64,000 bases of DNA from an uncultured Nitrososphaeraceae archaeon (GCA_963825865.1 CAWGVG010000026.1:64001-128000), one strand, 5' to 3'. Counted from the stretch's first letter, positions 32,191 through 44,729 are shown. Notes: generated by a model not told the origin, from the letters alone. A program made the numbers and translations.

Positions 32191-32227
32191 ATCAAACCTA
32201 TATTTACAAAGATAGATAGATATTTTG

Positions 32228-32400
32228 TATTGCCATAGAGAAAAATAAAATCCTGCAAGCATACGCTTGGGCTTCCGCGACACTAATGGAAAAAGCCTCC
32301 GATCTTTTCGCATAGCCACAAGTTATCGAGAAGGTCGACGTCCTTGCGGCCAAGATTCCTCGGCAGATGTTTGGCGATGGAAAACGATCTGAGGTTTCCA
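32228..32400 (+). ncRNA. Candidate rod-like structured non-coding RNA
   Basis: Six nested helices with five G-U pairs on the + strand, GC-rich island, TATA-like TATATTTA at about 32199. Confidence 0.5.
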
Positions 32401-32564
32401 GTATGGAATATTCAAGGGAAATTTAAAAAAAAAGATCAAGGATCCAAAAAACTACAATTATCAAAGCAATAACAAAAGTCACAAAATCTAAGATCGGTAT
32501 AACATTTGTTTCATTCATTATTCATAACAAATGTTAAAATCCAACATAGGAAGAAGAAAAAGAA

Positions 32565-32759
32565 ATGAGCTATCAAACAACCGCGGTCTTTACTATCAAA
32601 GACAATGCAACACAAGTCATAAAAAAATATAAATTTCGTGTAAGTGGTGATACGTTAAAAGAAATAGTTCAACGAACGCAAGCTTTGAAAGACGAGATCC
32701 ACGTTATACTCTACGAAGGAAAATTAGTTAGTATTGATTATGAGTTAGGAGGAGAATAG
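32565..32759 (+). CDS. Small hypothetical protein
   Basis: 64-aa ORF with alpha/beta-like composition. Confidence 0.5.
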   Translation: MSYQTTAVFTIKDNATQVIKKYKFRVSGDTLKEIVQRTQALKDEIHVILYEGKLVSIDYELGGE

Positions 32760-32986
32760 GACAAAAGAAAGAAAAGAATAAGTCAAAGAAAGGATCAAAA
32801 ATATTTTCAGTTATAAGGAGAAGGAAAAAGATCCAAATAACAGCTGATCTTAATCTATATATTCATTTAGAAATATTAAAGTTGAAAATTGATGAACGAA
32901 AATAATCTTAAACTCCTTGCTTTTATTATTGGTAATTTTTAATAACATGGCATCCGATTATACACCTAGCCTTACAACTATAGAGG

Positions 32987-33967
32987 CTAGACATCAGACT
33001 TTATAGGCTCCTTAGACATATAGCTTTTCTTTATACTGTTAACTGTTAGATAGGATGAAACGAGCAATACAGCTATGCTTATTATAATAAATAATACTTG
33101 AAACGGTGCAAGCGCTGCTCCTGCTGCTGAAGGTGCTGCTACTGCTGCTGCAGCTAAACTACTAGGTGCACCAGCAGCACTTATTATTGTGCCGGCTATT
33201 GTAAAAAAAAATGTACCAGCGCATGTCGGGCATGCAGTAAAAAGACCCGTTGCGGCTCCAATTCCGCTAAAACAACATGAAGTATTTTTTGTATTTTTTT
33301 TAGATCTCTTGTTTTGAAATACATACAACGCAAGTGTCATGTTCACGCTAACCAGAGTAGACAGCACTACTGTAAGAATTAGGTTTATCGGAATTACAAA
33401 CACAATTAGATTATCGGATATGTAAGCAGTAAATGTTGGAACAAGGCCAGGTAGATTGCAGCACGGGGTAATTATCCAAGATGGAATGGTTACTTGATAT
33501 ATATGAGAAAATGATACGTATGGTCTGAAAATTATAATTTGAGAAATAAAAGCAAAAAGCAGCGCATATGCAATTAATACAGAAATGAAGACTAGCCGAT
33601 ACCTTTTTGCTTGTGAAATGATATCTACAACAATCGGTAATAACATTCCACTATTATATCCTTTTTTAACATCAATGGCTGATTGAACTTTCATTTTCTC
33701 GGCTAAACATATTCGATACACACTATATCCTATTACAACCAAGGATCCAACCAAAAATAAAAGGACTGCTAATCCAAGGGTGGACATCGACTGAACAGTC
33801 TTCGAAGAGATGATACCAATATGTAATGGAGATGTGATATAACCATAAAGCGCAAAAACCACTATAATCGCAAATGTAGCAAAAAATGAAATTCTGATAC
33901 CTCGATTTCTGATATCAACGTAATAGTCTTTCTGCTGCATATTTATAATCCATCTCTCTAAAACCAT
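32987..33967 (-). CDS. Multi-pass membrane protein with CC and CPTC motifs
   Basis: About 6 TM segments; TPCCNLPG, SCCFSG and FTACPTCAG. Confidence 0.7.
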   Translation of the reverse strand: MVLERWIINMQQKDYYVDIRNRGIRISFFATFAIIVVFALYGYITSPLHIGIISSKTVQSMSTLGLAVLLFLVGSLVVIGYSVYRICLAEKMKVQSAIDVKKGYNSGMLLPIVVDIISQAKRYRLVFISVLIAYALLFAFISQIIIFRPYVSFSHIYQVTIPSWIITPCCNLPGLVPTFTAYISDNLIVFVIPINLILTVVLSTLVSVNMTLALYVFQNKRSKKNTKNTSCCFSGIGAATGLFTACPTCAGTFFFTIAGTIISAAGAPSSLAAAAVAAPSAAGAALAPFQVLFIIISIAVLLVSSYLTVNSIKKSYMSKEPIKSDV

Positions 33968-34311
33968 ACTCCAAATATATTGTTTCTATATATACCCTCT
34001 GCCATTTGATATTTTACATTGAATAATAAAGAATATGCTATACCAGAGGAGAAATTACAACCAAAAAAGAAGAGAATTATAAAAACGCTCATCTATAGGT
34101 TCAAAAATAGCGAAAATGACATCATCCTGCTTCTTACATAACTGCTACCTGTCCAGCAATGTATGTTGCTAATGCGGTTCATTCAGGTAATCGATAAATT
34201 TTCAAAGAATAGAAAAACAATAATAATAAAAATCAAATTGTGACATATAGTTCTAACCATTTAGCTGAATCTTGAATCTTTCAAAATTCCTTCTAGGACT
34301 GAAAAATAAGA

Positions 34312-34533
34312 CTATGTGTTACTATTATATAATTCATATATTGCGACATTTATTTTTTTAAGTAATTTCTTTTTCGCTTTGTTAGCTTTTTCATTAGTCC
34401 TATAATCCTTTACTTCTAACAAAGTTTGTAAGTGTTCTAACTCTGGTCTTGTCAAAACATTCAGGCCTTTTTTTGATGTAAGTTCGAGTAGCCTTCTTCT
34501 TTCTGTGTCATCATCATTCTTTGAATTTTGCAT
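34312..34533 (-). CDS. Small helical hypothetical protein
   Basis: 73-aa ORF with TTTATC about 25 nt upstream. Confidence 0.55.
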   Translation of the reverse strand: MQNSKNDDDTERRRLLELTSKKGLNVLTRPELEHLQTLLEVKDYRTNEKANKAKKKLLKKINVAIYELYNSNT

Positions 34534-35455
34534 AGCTTAGACAATAGATCTATCTTGATAAAGTATTTGTAATAGTCTGTTCTCTTCTTCCACTTTCGAT
34601 AATCATAACATGATCCATGATGCCATTTTGATATAACGACATGTCTTTAGTTTTCCGTGCTGTTCAATTTCAGTTTCCAATGAGTCGGTAATAGAAAAAC
34701 CACATTTGGAACACTCATGTAATAATTTGATCATAACATGTTATTAGATGAAGTATAACTGTTCACTATTAATATACCCTTAATAGGATATTAATACCAG
34801 CATATACAATATCCAAAAATATGGATAACAAGAGGAAGAAAATGTTCGGATGATCTCCACTATATATGCTCCTCTCTGTAGCTTCTGCATAAATAAAAAC
34901 GGTATTGTAAGATATGGTGATGAAGACGCTAGATTATTTCTCAGTCAACTATATCCATATCGATGTTCAGTTACTTGGATTATGGTTTTAATAGAAGGAA
35001 AACGTATCTCTTCTTAAATATAAAACAATGAAGTCTAACTTCAAAGTATTAATCATTTGTGAAGTCTTGGTAGTGTTGCCTTCTCCTTTTTTGACTCTGA
35101 AAAGCAAGCTATTTCCATATAAACACAATAATATTGGAGCAAATATCACAAAAAATAACAATAATGTATCCCTATCTACTACGGCAGTAACATCCTCACT
35201 ATCATGAGTGTGATCAAACTTTATGGAAACATGTTTACCAGTCAAGTAGGTTACAGGTACTAATAGCTGCATAGCTGTTTCAGGTATAATGTAAAGTAAC
35301 AGAGCTGAAGCAGATGGGGATACCCGTTTGCGATTAAAACTAAATCCACAATTTACTAAGCTGATAAATTCGGCTAATATAAAAGATCAAAATGGTGACT
35401 TAGTTCCATGCACTAATTTATGATTAAAGTAGAGTATGCTTGAATAAAAAAAAGC

Positions 35456-35893
35456 TTAAATTTTGACTTTGTTATCCAAGGCTACATTTTCAGGAATAGG
35501 GGATGATACTATGCTATATGAATTCCCGTCTAGGTCTTTGAATTTAGACATTATGCCTCCCCATTCCTGCTTTTCAGGTTGACTGATATCAACTCCCTGA
35601 TTCTTAAGTTCTTTGTATGTTGATTGCATATCGTCTGAATAAAACCATATGCCCGTTTCTGTTCCAATACCCTTCTTGGCAGCTTCTACTATTCCTTCAT
35701 TTGACATCATCTGGACATTTGGCAGCATAAGGCTAATCGTTGATTGAGAGTCTTTTGGCGCTACTTCAATCCATCTTATGCCGACAAATGATATATCTGT
35801 TTTAATCTCAAATCCAAGTTTTTGACTATAAAATTCCACAGCTTTTTGTTGGTCTGAGACTATTACTACTATTCCACCCATCGTGCCAATCAT
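35456..35893 (-). CDS. VOC/glyoxalase-family protein
   Basis: VSDQQKAVEFYSQKLGF, RWIEV and EWGG...FKDLDGN. Confidence 0.9.
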   Translation of the reverse strand: MIGTMGGIVVIVSDQQKAVEFYSQKLGFEIKTDISFVGIRWIEVAPKDSQSTISLMLPNVQMMSNEGIVEAAKKGIGTETGIWFYSDDMQSTYKELKNQGVDISQPEKQEWGGIMSKFKDLDGNSYSIVSSPIPENVALDNKVKI

Positions 35894-36391
35894 TTTCTAA
35901 CCATTCTTTTAATCAACCAGTAGATTATAAGAAGGAATGCTATAGACCTTCATGAAGAAAGTATCCTCTTCCTGGTCGCTGTGATACTATGAACAGTTAT
36001 TCTGGGCGGCAAAATTGAGTCAATTTGTATCAATTCCCTCCGAATCTTTCGCATTTTTTGGCAGTGCTGTGCTCTGTTATGTGCGCGGTGATTGCTTTAA
36101 ACAGCAGTTGTTCCTGTGCTATCACTCATATTACTGCTATAATGGGCTGGAATACTAAAAGGCAATCCAAGTATTTGGTTATTCACTGTAAGGACGTTAA
36201 TAAAACTATAGTTGTTATTATCATCAGTGGATGTAAAAAGATAGTTCGCATATTGGTGATGGTTGCCGTCTTCGAAACCTTAATCAAAACGGCGAGGATG
36301 GCAAAAATTTATGATTCTACTCCATATATATACATGTAGAACTACTCTATTTTTATAGAGTAAATTATTATCTAATGCTGGTATTTAGTAG

Positions 36392-37667
36392 ATGACCTTA
36401 CAACAGCTATTTACTCCCATGCAATTCTTTCAGGATGCTAATTCATTATCTTCACCTGCATTGTCCTCTGATTTCATAGTTCAAGACTTTGCAGTAATTA
36501 TGATAGTCGCCGCAATAATGCTAGTTATTACCTACAAGTTAAAACAGCCGATGGCGGTTGGTTATATTTTAGCAGGTATGATCATAGGTCCTCACACGCC
36601 ACCGTTTAGCTTGATACGGAATGTCAATACAGTAAATGTTTTTGCAGAATTAGGAATAATCATGCTTTTGTTTGTCATTGGCACTGAATTCCCTATCGCT
36701 AAACTTAAATCTGTAGGTAGAATTTCAGTTGTTGTTGCTTTAGCGGAAACAATTGGAACTTTATTATTTTCATTCTTTGTAGCACAAGCATTAGGATTTT
36801 CATCCTTTGATTCTATGTTTCTTGCATTAGCGATGTCTATTACAAGCACAGTAGTAACTATTAGAGTTTTAGAAGAACTTGGTATGATAAAGGATGAGTC
36901 TACCATTTTGCTCTTGGGTATCTCTGTTGTAGAAGATATTATAGCCATTACGACACTTGGCGTGTTTCAATCGATTGCTATTAATGGAAGTGGTGGAATA
37001 TCTATTTTACATATTTCTATTTCAATAGGTATAGTAGCGGCATTTATAGGTAGCATACTAATCCTTGGTTCTAGGTTTATTCCAAATATTATTGACAAAA
37101 TCAGCAAAACAAATGATTACGCAATACTTTTGATTGTTATTCTTGGACTAGCATTTGGTTTATCCTTTGCAGCTAAAGGCCTTGGTCTATCAGCTGCTAC
37201 TGGAGCATTCCTGGCTGGAGTATTAGTAGCAGAGTCAAAAAATGCAGCAACAGCCCGTGTAATCACTATCCCGCTCAGGGATATGTTTGTCTGCTCTGTT
37301 CTTTATATCGATAGGCGCATTGATGGAAGTATCTCTTATTCCTTTGTTTATCGTCCCTGCGTTGGTGCTTATTTTAAGCTCGTTTGCTTCAAAGTTCTTG
37401 ATAATAACCCTCATCGTGATCAGATCATCAAAATACAACAGCGTAACGGCGTTAAGAACAGGATTTGGAATGGCATCGGCCAGAGGAGAGCTATCCTTAA
37501 TTGTAGCTAAAGGAGGTCAGGACGTAGGTGCTATCTCATCAGCGGTCTTCCCAATAATAGGCGTAGTAACTATTGTAACAATTTTTATGACTCCTTATAT
37601 ACTCAAGTTTGGAAGGCAACTTACAACTTCATTATCATCATTTGCATCAGAAGAAGAAAAGGAATAA
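36392..37667 (+). CDS. CPA2/KefB-type cation:proton antiporter (frameshifted)
   Basis: LKQP..VGYILAGMIIGP, AELGIIMLLFVIG, SVVEDI, GAFLAG and RGELSLI. Confidence 0.9.
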
Positions 37668-38246
37668 AAGGACAATGAAAACCCACGACAACTATGGTTC
37701 TGTTTTAACGCTGACATAGGGATTACTATATCATGTCATCCCCAAACACCGTACATCTATATTTATATACACTGGAGGAATGAGTGTTTACATTTATGCA
37801 TTGATCAAACTCATGTAAAACACTAAATTTAAAGGAAATAAAGGATAGTATTTGATTTGCAAATTTTTTTGAAAGACAGATGACTGTAACTCATTTGGTA
37901 ATAATGTGTTGAATAGCAAAAATGACAAGGTGGAAGGTATTTAATGAAAATATCATTGGCATATCAAGCTTAACAAGTAATAACAACAACAATAATAATA
38001 ATATTATTAATTTCTCTTCCTTTTCCTAAACTACCATCTCCTCGTCAGTTAAGCCTTATCCAATAAGCCCTCTGTTTAAATGACTGAATCTCTTCTTGCT
38101 TTATATCAACAAAATTATCACGTTAATTGGAATGAAGTTAAGAGATTGAGCTCCAATGTGAGATGATTAAGTTCCTTTTACTAACAGCACATACATACAC
38201 TAAGTTGAAATACCTGTGAATATACAATGAAGACATCCGTAATAGA

Positions 38247-38720
38247 ATGCTTCCAAGTATAATATCAAAGGTAGCTTCTGTGAAAATCAGTCGAAAGGAA
38301 GGAACAGTCAGAACACCAGGTAATGATGATGGCGATGACAGCGACGGCAATCAGCCTAGCGACCATGACCGTAGCTATGATGATAACAATAAAGAAGGAA
38401 TTCACAACAAATGTGAGAGTTTAGATGAGGGAACATTTGCATTTATGCATTGGATGAGCTCAGCGGACAAGAAATCCTTAACTTCTGACAATCCCATAGT
38501 TTTAGTGAAGTTTGTCAATGACAAACATACAATACTATATGATACAGATATACAATCTGAAATATATATAGAGATAGACAATGGTGTTCCTTACTGTAAG
38601 CATTGCAAAGCAGACGATTGCTCTCATGTGGGCTTTGCTATATGCGTTGAGCAATTTTATGGGAACAGACGTGGAAGTGGAAGAGAAGAAACAGTAGAAG
38701 ATATCATACTTGACAATTAA
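38247..38720 (+). CDS. Hypothetical protein with a SWIM-like Zn motif
   Basis: YCKHCKADDCSHVGFA. Confidence 0.6.
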   Translation: MLPSIISKVASVKISRKEGTVRTPGNDDGDDSDGNQPSDHDRSYDDNNKEGIHNKCESLDEGTFAFMHWMSSADKKSLTSDNPIVLVKFVNDKHTILYDTDIQSEIYIEIDNGVPYCKHCKADDCSHVGFAICVEQFYGNRRGSGREETVEDIILDN

Positions 38721-39181
38721 TATGCCACGATGTTTCTGATATTTAGAAACGCAGCCAACAAGATTTCAAGGAGGTTTGGTCCTTGCATATAGGGGGTTAG
38801 CTACCATCAATAATTCCAATTTTTATATTGTTATTGTGTCTTAGGAATGCAAATTACCTTGTCATTTTTGAATATGTGGTTATATCGTTACTGAATCTCC
38901 ATAGACAGACCTATCAATCTATATGTCACTATTCGAGATTCATAGAAATTATAATTAAATAACAAATACTTATTTTAAAATTGAACTTATACTTGCTAGT
39001 GTTTGTCTCAAGCCTTTAGAATAAGAGTATTCCACAGAAATGAGTATGAAAGAGTCAAAAAACTTATTTCAGATATCAGTATTAATGAATTTAAGTTTAC
39101 TCGAGATTGATGTTAATAAATGAGTAAGATAGTTTTTAGCGAGATTCCCAATTTCTAGGTACCTGGATAGATAACGCTGTT

Positions 39182-39578
39182 TTGGACGTTCTGTTGAGAG
39201 TGGGGTGTCACGAGCTCGCTCAATTTACTAAAACTAAATTTAAAAGAACTGACAACTGGATTTTTAGAACCGCTACACCTTTACCAGATTTACAAGTTGG
39301 CGGAGATGCATTACTCAAAGAATTGGCAGCATCATTAAAAAATGAATTGGAGGAAAACGGATGATCCTTTTATGTGGTATTCCTTCTGAGACCCCCCACT
39401 AGCAATGGTTGCCAGAGAACTTGACAAATTGAGTATACCACACATAGTATTTAACCAGCGCGAATTTGCCAATTCGAGAATAGGTTTCGAAATGTCAAAT
39501 GATCTTATAAAAGGCAAGCTCCAATTAAAAGAGAGCATATCGCCTTGAAGATATTCGAGGTGTCCATATTAGATTAAT
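39182..39578 (+). pseudogene. Remnant two-gene operon: C-terminal fragment plus the N-terminus of an ATP-grasp (RimK/MvdD-like) ligase
   Basis: ATGA overlap at 39361; MILLCGIPSET(P)LAMVARELDKLSIPHIVFNQREF...LEDIRGVHIRLM with frameshifts. Confidence 0.5.
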
Positions 39579-39885
39579 GTTGCTTACCAAAGAATACCTT
39601 AACATCTGGCCTATAAAGATAATAAATAATTATTGCATTTATGATAACAGGCAATATAGATACTACATTACCAGTTACAATTGAAGCAAGACCTAAAGCA
39701 ATTCCAATAAATGATAATACTAAAGTTATAGTCCAAGCCCATCCTTTTCCTTTCCATAAACCATACGCCATGACCAAAAATGCAATACCCAATGGTATGA
39801 GTATTATACTAACAAGAAATCCTATACCACTAATTATTGTGAGCAACGCTATTATAGTTACTCCTAAAGGTCTAGATTTTTGCAT
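39574..39885 (-). CDS. Small four-helix membrane protein
   Basis: RPLGVTIIA...AYGLWKGKGWAW...IIYYLYRPDVKVFF. Confidence 0.8.
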   Translation of the reverse strand: MQKSRPLGVTIIALLTIISGIGFLVSIILIPLGIAFLVMAYGLWKGKGWAWTITLVLSFIGIALGLASIVTGNVVSILPVIINAIIIYYLYRPDVKVFFGKQH

Positions 39886-40223
39886 ACTGTTTTATTATCA
39901 ATGAACGATACTTATTAATTTTATAAAAAAAGAATCAGATATTTTGTTATATCTCATCTTTGTTCTTTCCCATCTCTTTCATAAACGACTTAATTGGTTC
40001 CCACAATCCCTTCTCCGCTGGATCAGGGTCATTATTACCATTTCGTTTTCACATATAGGAAAACAAAATATTTCTGTAGAGGAAAACTAATCACCTCATC
40101 CCTCCACGAATTTCTTTTGTATTTGTCCTAGCCATCTAATATCACCATCGTTTGATTGATTGCTTGTAATAAACCTCAAAATCTAAGCCTGCGATATACT
40201 GTGGGAACTACTTTTACTAAATA

Positions 40224-41281
40224 GACCTATTGCGTAATTACGAAAGAAAGAAAATCTCTTTATGATACTTAACTTTGGCTTGCTTGCTTTCTAAAGTAAC
40301 ATCATTCCATTGGTTCGCATTATCCTGAAATTTACTAGTCCTGAAACAATGTCAGAAGCATGATCATATCTTACAAGCTTATTTCTAAATTTAGTACCCA
40401 TTATTCCGAACTTTTTAATTCTGCTCACAGTATGCTCGACTATTACCCTTAGCTTGGAATGCTTTCTATTGTGTTTCTTTTCTTCATCTGAGAGTTCACT
40501 TTTCCTTTTCTTTCTAACTGGAAGCACAGACTTTACAGTGGGAAAGTCATTCTGAACTCCCATGTACCCAATCAAATACATTCTCAACTTGCGGTGGAGT
40601 TGTTGTAGGATGTTTATTTTTGAAAATCTCATAATCATGTATTCTTCCCCGATCATGACCTGTTTTGTGCAGTATGGTACCTCATTGTTTACCATATATT
40701 GTGTCTTTACAGTATGTTTCTTCTTTTTGCCAGAGTAATAGCTCTTTCTCCTTCTCTTGTTCTTTGGTCTTGGGATCTCTTGTTCGGAAGAGTCAATAAA
40801 TGCTTTGAAACCGGGAAAGTACTCTTCTACTTCATCTATAGTTCTAAGTCTTCTTGTACAGTTTATACAACTTCTTTGGCAATGGGATACACAGTTTGAC
40901 AAGTGGTTCAAGCATAGATATATCTCTGCAGATATTACTCTGGTCAAGATCGAACAGAAATCCTGAAAGTGTATACGTTATGTACAGCCTATAATACACT
41001 AAAAGTATCAAGAACCTTTCTTTAACTTTTAGTTTGAATGGTCTACCCGCACCTACTTTCCTTTCTCTTTTCCTATTGGAAAGACGCTTTCTTTCATGCT
41101 CATCATATTTTGATTCTATATCTTTGGCAATAACATCAAATTCTGATATTTCAAGTCCAGTAAATGATCTAAATAACAAAGACCTCTTAGATAGTCTAGC
41201 ATAAGACATCAAGACAGCATCACCGAATGAATGCTGTACAACGTAAAATATAGCTGTAAGCCTTCAATTACGCAACAGGTC
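40224..41281 (-). mobile_element. IS5-family (ISL2-group-like) insertion sequence with a frameshifted transposase
   Basis: TIRs GACCTATTGCGTAATT / AATTACGCAACAGGTC flanked by TA on both sides; FRSFTGL, GRPFKL, FIDSSEQEIPRP, YSGKKKKHT and RVIVEHTVSRIKKF. Confidence 0.9.
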
Positions 41282-41472
41282 TAATGTAATTAAATATTCC
41301 ATTTCTATATGTCGACTTGCCTAATTCTCATACATAATGAAGAAAATGACCACAATGAATAAGACAGTTTCTTCATATGGCACCAAAGTGAGATGAGTCA
41401 TGATATCAATTCATTTATTTATTTGCTAACCTTCATAACAATGTATAAGACTATTTGATGATTTGTAGCATC

Positions 41473-42373
41473 ATGCAAAACAATAATAATCTGCAGGATA
41501 ATCGACTTGTGGAAAAATTTTGTGAACTATATTCAGCGTCAGAATCAAAAACACCATCATCCTCCAATCATCAAGGAAACAGAAAGATCACTTACTCATT
41601 TGTTACGCTGTTGCAGGATATCCAGATATCAAAACCACAAAAGAAATTATATCGACTATGATACAGGCAGGTGCTGACATTATTGAAATAGGAATTCCAT
41701 TTTCTGATCCCATTGCAGATGGTCCTATAATTCAAGAGACTTCTTTTATTTCCTTAACTAATGGAATAACACCGGACAAGAGTTTAGAAATTGCTAAAGA
41801 CATTAGAAAGGAATTTCCAAAAACCCCTATAGTTTTGATGACATATTCAAATATTCTCATTAAAGCAGGATTAAGTAAATTTATAAAAAATGCAAAACAA
41901 TGCGGAGTCGATGGTTTCATACTTCCTGATATGTCAATTGAAGAATCTGATAAATATGTTAAAGAAGCATCACAATTAAACCTTGCAACAATATTTCTAG
42001 TATCACCTAACACAAATGAAGAAAGATTGCGCTCTATTGCTTCTAAATCCAGTGGATTTCTTTATTTAATTTCAACATATGGAACAACAGGTATTCGTAA
42101 TTCATTTGAATCTCTCTTGTGCAGAGCTATATTAAAAACAGCAAGAGAGTTGTAGGTTCTTCACTTCCCATTGCAGTGGGATTTGGTATTAGTAAGCCAG
42201 AACATGCTAAATTCATGATTAAAGCTGGTGCAGATGCAATAATAGTGGCCAGTGCAATAATAAATATGATGAAGATTTATGCATCTGATAGAAAGAATGC
42301 AAAAAAGAAGAAAGAAATGCTCAAGGATATAAGCAATTTTGTATCAATCATGAAAAACGCGTGTAGAACATAA
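41473..42373 (+). CDS. trpA: Tryptophan synthase alpha subunit (two frameshifts)
   Basis: AGYPD, IEIGIPFSDPIADGPIIQ, LMTYSN, GFLYLIS..GTTG and AVGFGIS. Confidence 0.93.
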
Positions 42374-42445
42374 CCATATAAAACGTTTGAACATAAAACA
42401 TAACCTATAAACTCTTACTGTTCATGCAAAACAACAAAGGGATAA

Positions 42446-42760
42446 CAAAGGGATAATACGAGCTGATAACGATTCTTTTTAAAGCCTATTTTTCTAAATT
42501 TACTTTAATGTTCAAAATATGTAAGGATATGTTAGAAGGATAAATGATAGCAGAGGGCCTTAAGAGGTATCACGAAGATGACTTGAAAAATTGCAATATC
42601 TTAGTTTGATATATTTATATCCATCTCAAGTAGGGGCTTGCTTTCATGATATAATCAACTGCCAATCCATCCTTTCTCGGGTCCTTGAAGACAGGTGAGC
42701 GCCAGGACTATAAAGAGTAAATACAGAAATACCAAAAGTCAAAAGTGTTTACTGATTGGG
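42446..42760. repeat. Dispersed repeat copy 3 plus an attached terminase-like fragment
   Basis: Near-identical to 9021-9312; preceded by a tandem duplication of CAAAGGGATAA (42435/42446). Confidence 0.85.
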
Positions 42761-43021
42761 TATTCCTTATGGATTCAAAAGAGACTTACAGTTTATTAGT
42801 CCTCTGCTGCAATTCTTAATCGATAACTTTCATGATATTAACAAAGTCTAGATATCTATCACACTGTGTTAAGGCAAGTGGGTGGGCACTTCCTTCTTCA
42901 CTAAATTGCCTGGTTCACTACAGCCTATTCTCATTGTGTTAACATTTGTAATTGGTTTTGAATCATTTTTGAGTTTTTAGTATATTACTTTGACACCATC
43001 TGCTATGTTATTTTCAGCGGT

Positions 43022-43345
43022 GTGAGCCAGTGTGATGCCATGTATCAAGTCGATTACAGAGATACAGGACTTCCACTTGAAACAATTCGTTCGGTAAGTA
43101 AGGTTTCTGACGGCATAGAAGTTACTGTAAGCGTGTCAGCACCACAGACAATGAGATATGATGGTTTAAACCTTGCTGATATAAAAGACCCTGCAAATAA
43201 TAAGTCAGTCTTTCAAGCAAGATACCAAGTATGGTGGAAAGAGCCTACAAAGGGATTTGAATCCTTAGGCGGAGTATTGTGTCCTCGGGTACTGCTTCTT
43301 GTTTTCGGGGCTCTGGTCGTTTGGATGTTTTTGTTAAGGCTATAG
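43022..43345 (+). CDS. Hypothetical protein fragment with a C-terminal TM segment
   Basis: 107-aa ORF; no family recognised. Confidence 0.3.
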   Translation: MSQCDAMYQVDYRDTGLPLETIRSVSKVSDGIEVTVSVSAPQTMRYDGLNLADIKDPANNKSVFQARYQVWWKEPTKGFESLGGVLCPRVLLLVFGALVVWMFLLRL

Positions 43346-44239
43346 CGGGTGACATTAATAGCAAGTGGTTCCAAAATGGGTGGTCAAACTGGCTGGCTGA
43401 CTCCTAATTCCACAGAATCTGTTTTGATACTAATTTCGGTAAGTAAGCAAAAATAATAAGAGGAAACGGTATTCAAAGAGTTATTTTTTTGAATGCATCA
43501 CAAATTAGGTCGTATTTGTATATTTGTATGTGTTTTTTTATGATACATTCACCACAGTCTTTAACTTCTTGGTTATTACATTATTCAACAACCAGCTATC
43601 ATCTTTGTCTTTCCATCAAACCATTAACATATCCTGTTTCAAGCATCAATAGCGCGTACAGAACATTTGCAATATGTGTCTGTACCTATTCAATCCCACT
43701 ACAGGGTCATTTTCTACATTTGTTTGAGAGGTGTATGTTATCACTGTAGTATTCTTCCCCAATATTTTCAATTTAAGAATCTCTTTGATTTGTATTTGTG
43801 AATCATAAGTTTTTGTTGTATATTCCAACTCATTATTTACTTTTTTAGTTGTTAGACTCCTTGTAATTCCAACAAAGAACTCAGGAAAAATTTGTTCTAA
43901 ACGTGTATCTTTAAGAGCACGATAAATGACATTCAGCTGGAACACGTAACGAGAGAGATTTGCTAATTGACGACATATTACACTATTTCTAATGTATACT
44001 CAACTATCCAATCATTTTATAGGTTGTTTTAGATGGCATGCGCTAATCTAGATAATAATCCTTGCCCGATTATATGACATAGTCTATATCATACAAAATT
44101 TATTTTTTCCCTTCTAGACAATGTAATGAATTTCATGCTTAATAACTAACATCTCTGTTCTATTTCTGTTGCATGCAGATGACTTTCCATTCGCGACAGA
44201 AGTCTAAATTGTGATTGGTCAATCAATCATAGTTTATAT

Positions 44240-44611
44240 TTGTATTCATCACCGCTAATATTAACAATAATAATTATGATAATGGAAGCAAGGTGTGGTC
44301 ATGTAGAAGAAAAATTATATGCAGATGCACACCATGGGCTATGTAGAAAATGCCACTCCAATTTTGCATTTCTGTTAGAGTTAGAACAAAAGTTTGGTGA
44401 AGATGCATTAATAGAGTACTGGTATGCCAAAATACTCACTTATTCATCATCAGAAAGAAAAACAGAAGAACTAGACTGCTTTATAGATCATTTAATTGAG
44501 TTATATCAACAGAATTTAATCAAGTTTCCGTCAAAAGAGAAATATATCAGGAAAATGCTATATATGTTGCATTCACTTAAAAAACCATTTGATATAGAAA
44601 CATTAAGATGA
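44240..44611 (+). CDS. Conserved hypothetical protein with a CGH...CxxC motif
   Basis: EARCGHVEEKLY...GLCRKCH; true start probably MEARC. Confidence 0.6.
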   Translation: MYSSPLILTIIIMIMEARCGHVEEKLYADAHHGLCRKCHSNFAFLLELEQKFGEDALIEYWYAKILTYSSSERKTEELDCFIDHLIELYQQNLIKFPSKEKYIRKMLYMLHSLKKPFDIETLR

Positions 44612-44729
44612 AGATTACATGACCATTTTTCTGCATATGATTAAGTCAACTGTCATAGTTAATGTCGTCATATCATCTTCCAAATCGTTTGTCCAAATAT
44701 TCTGATACTACAGCTTTCTGTTCTTCTAT

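Noticed and set aside
32104-32319. Minus-strand 71-aa ORF over the ncRNA candidate
   Set aside because: Overlaps the zincin gene antisense, has no motif, and the G-U bias favours a + strand RNA
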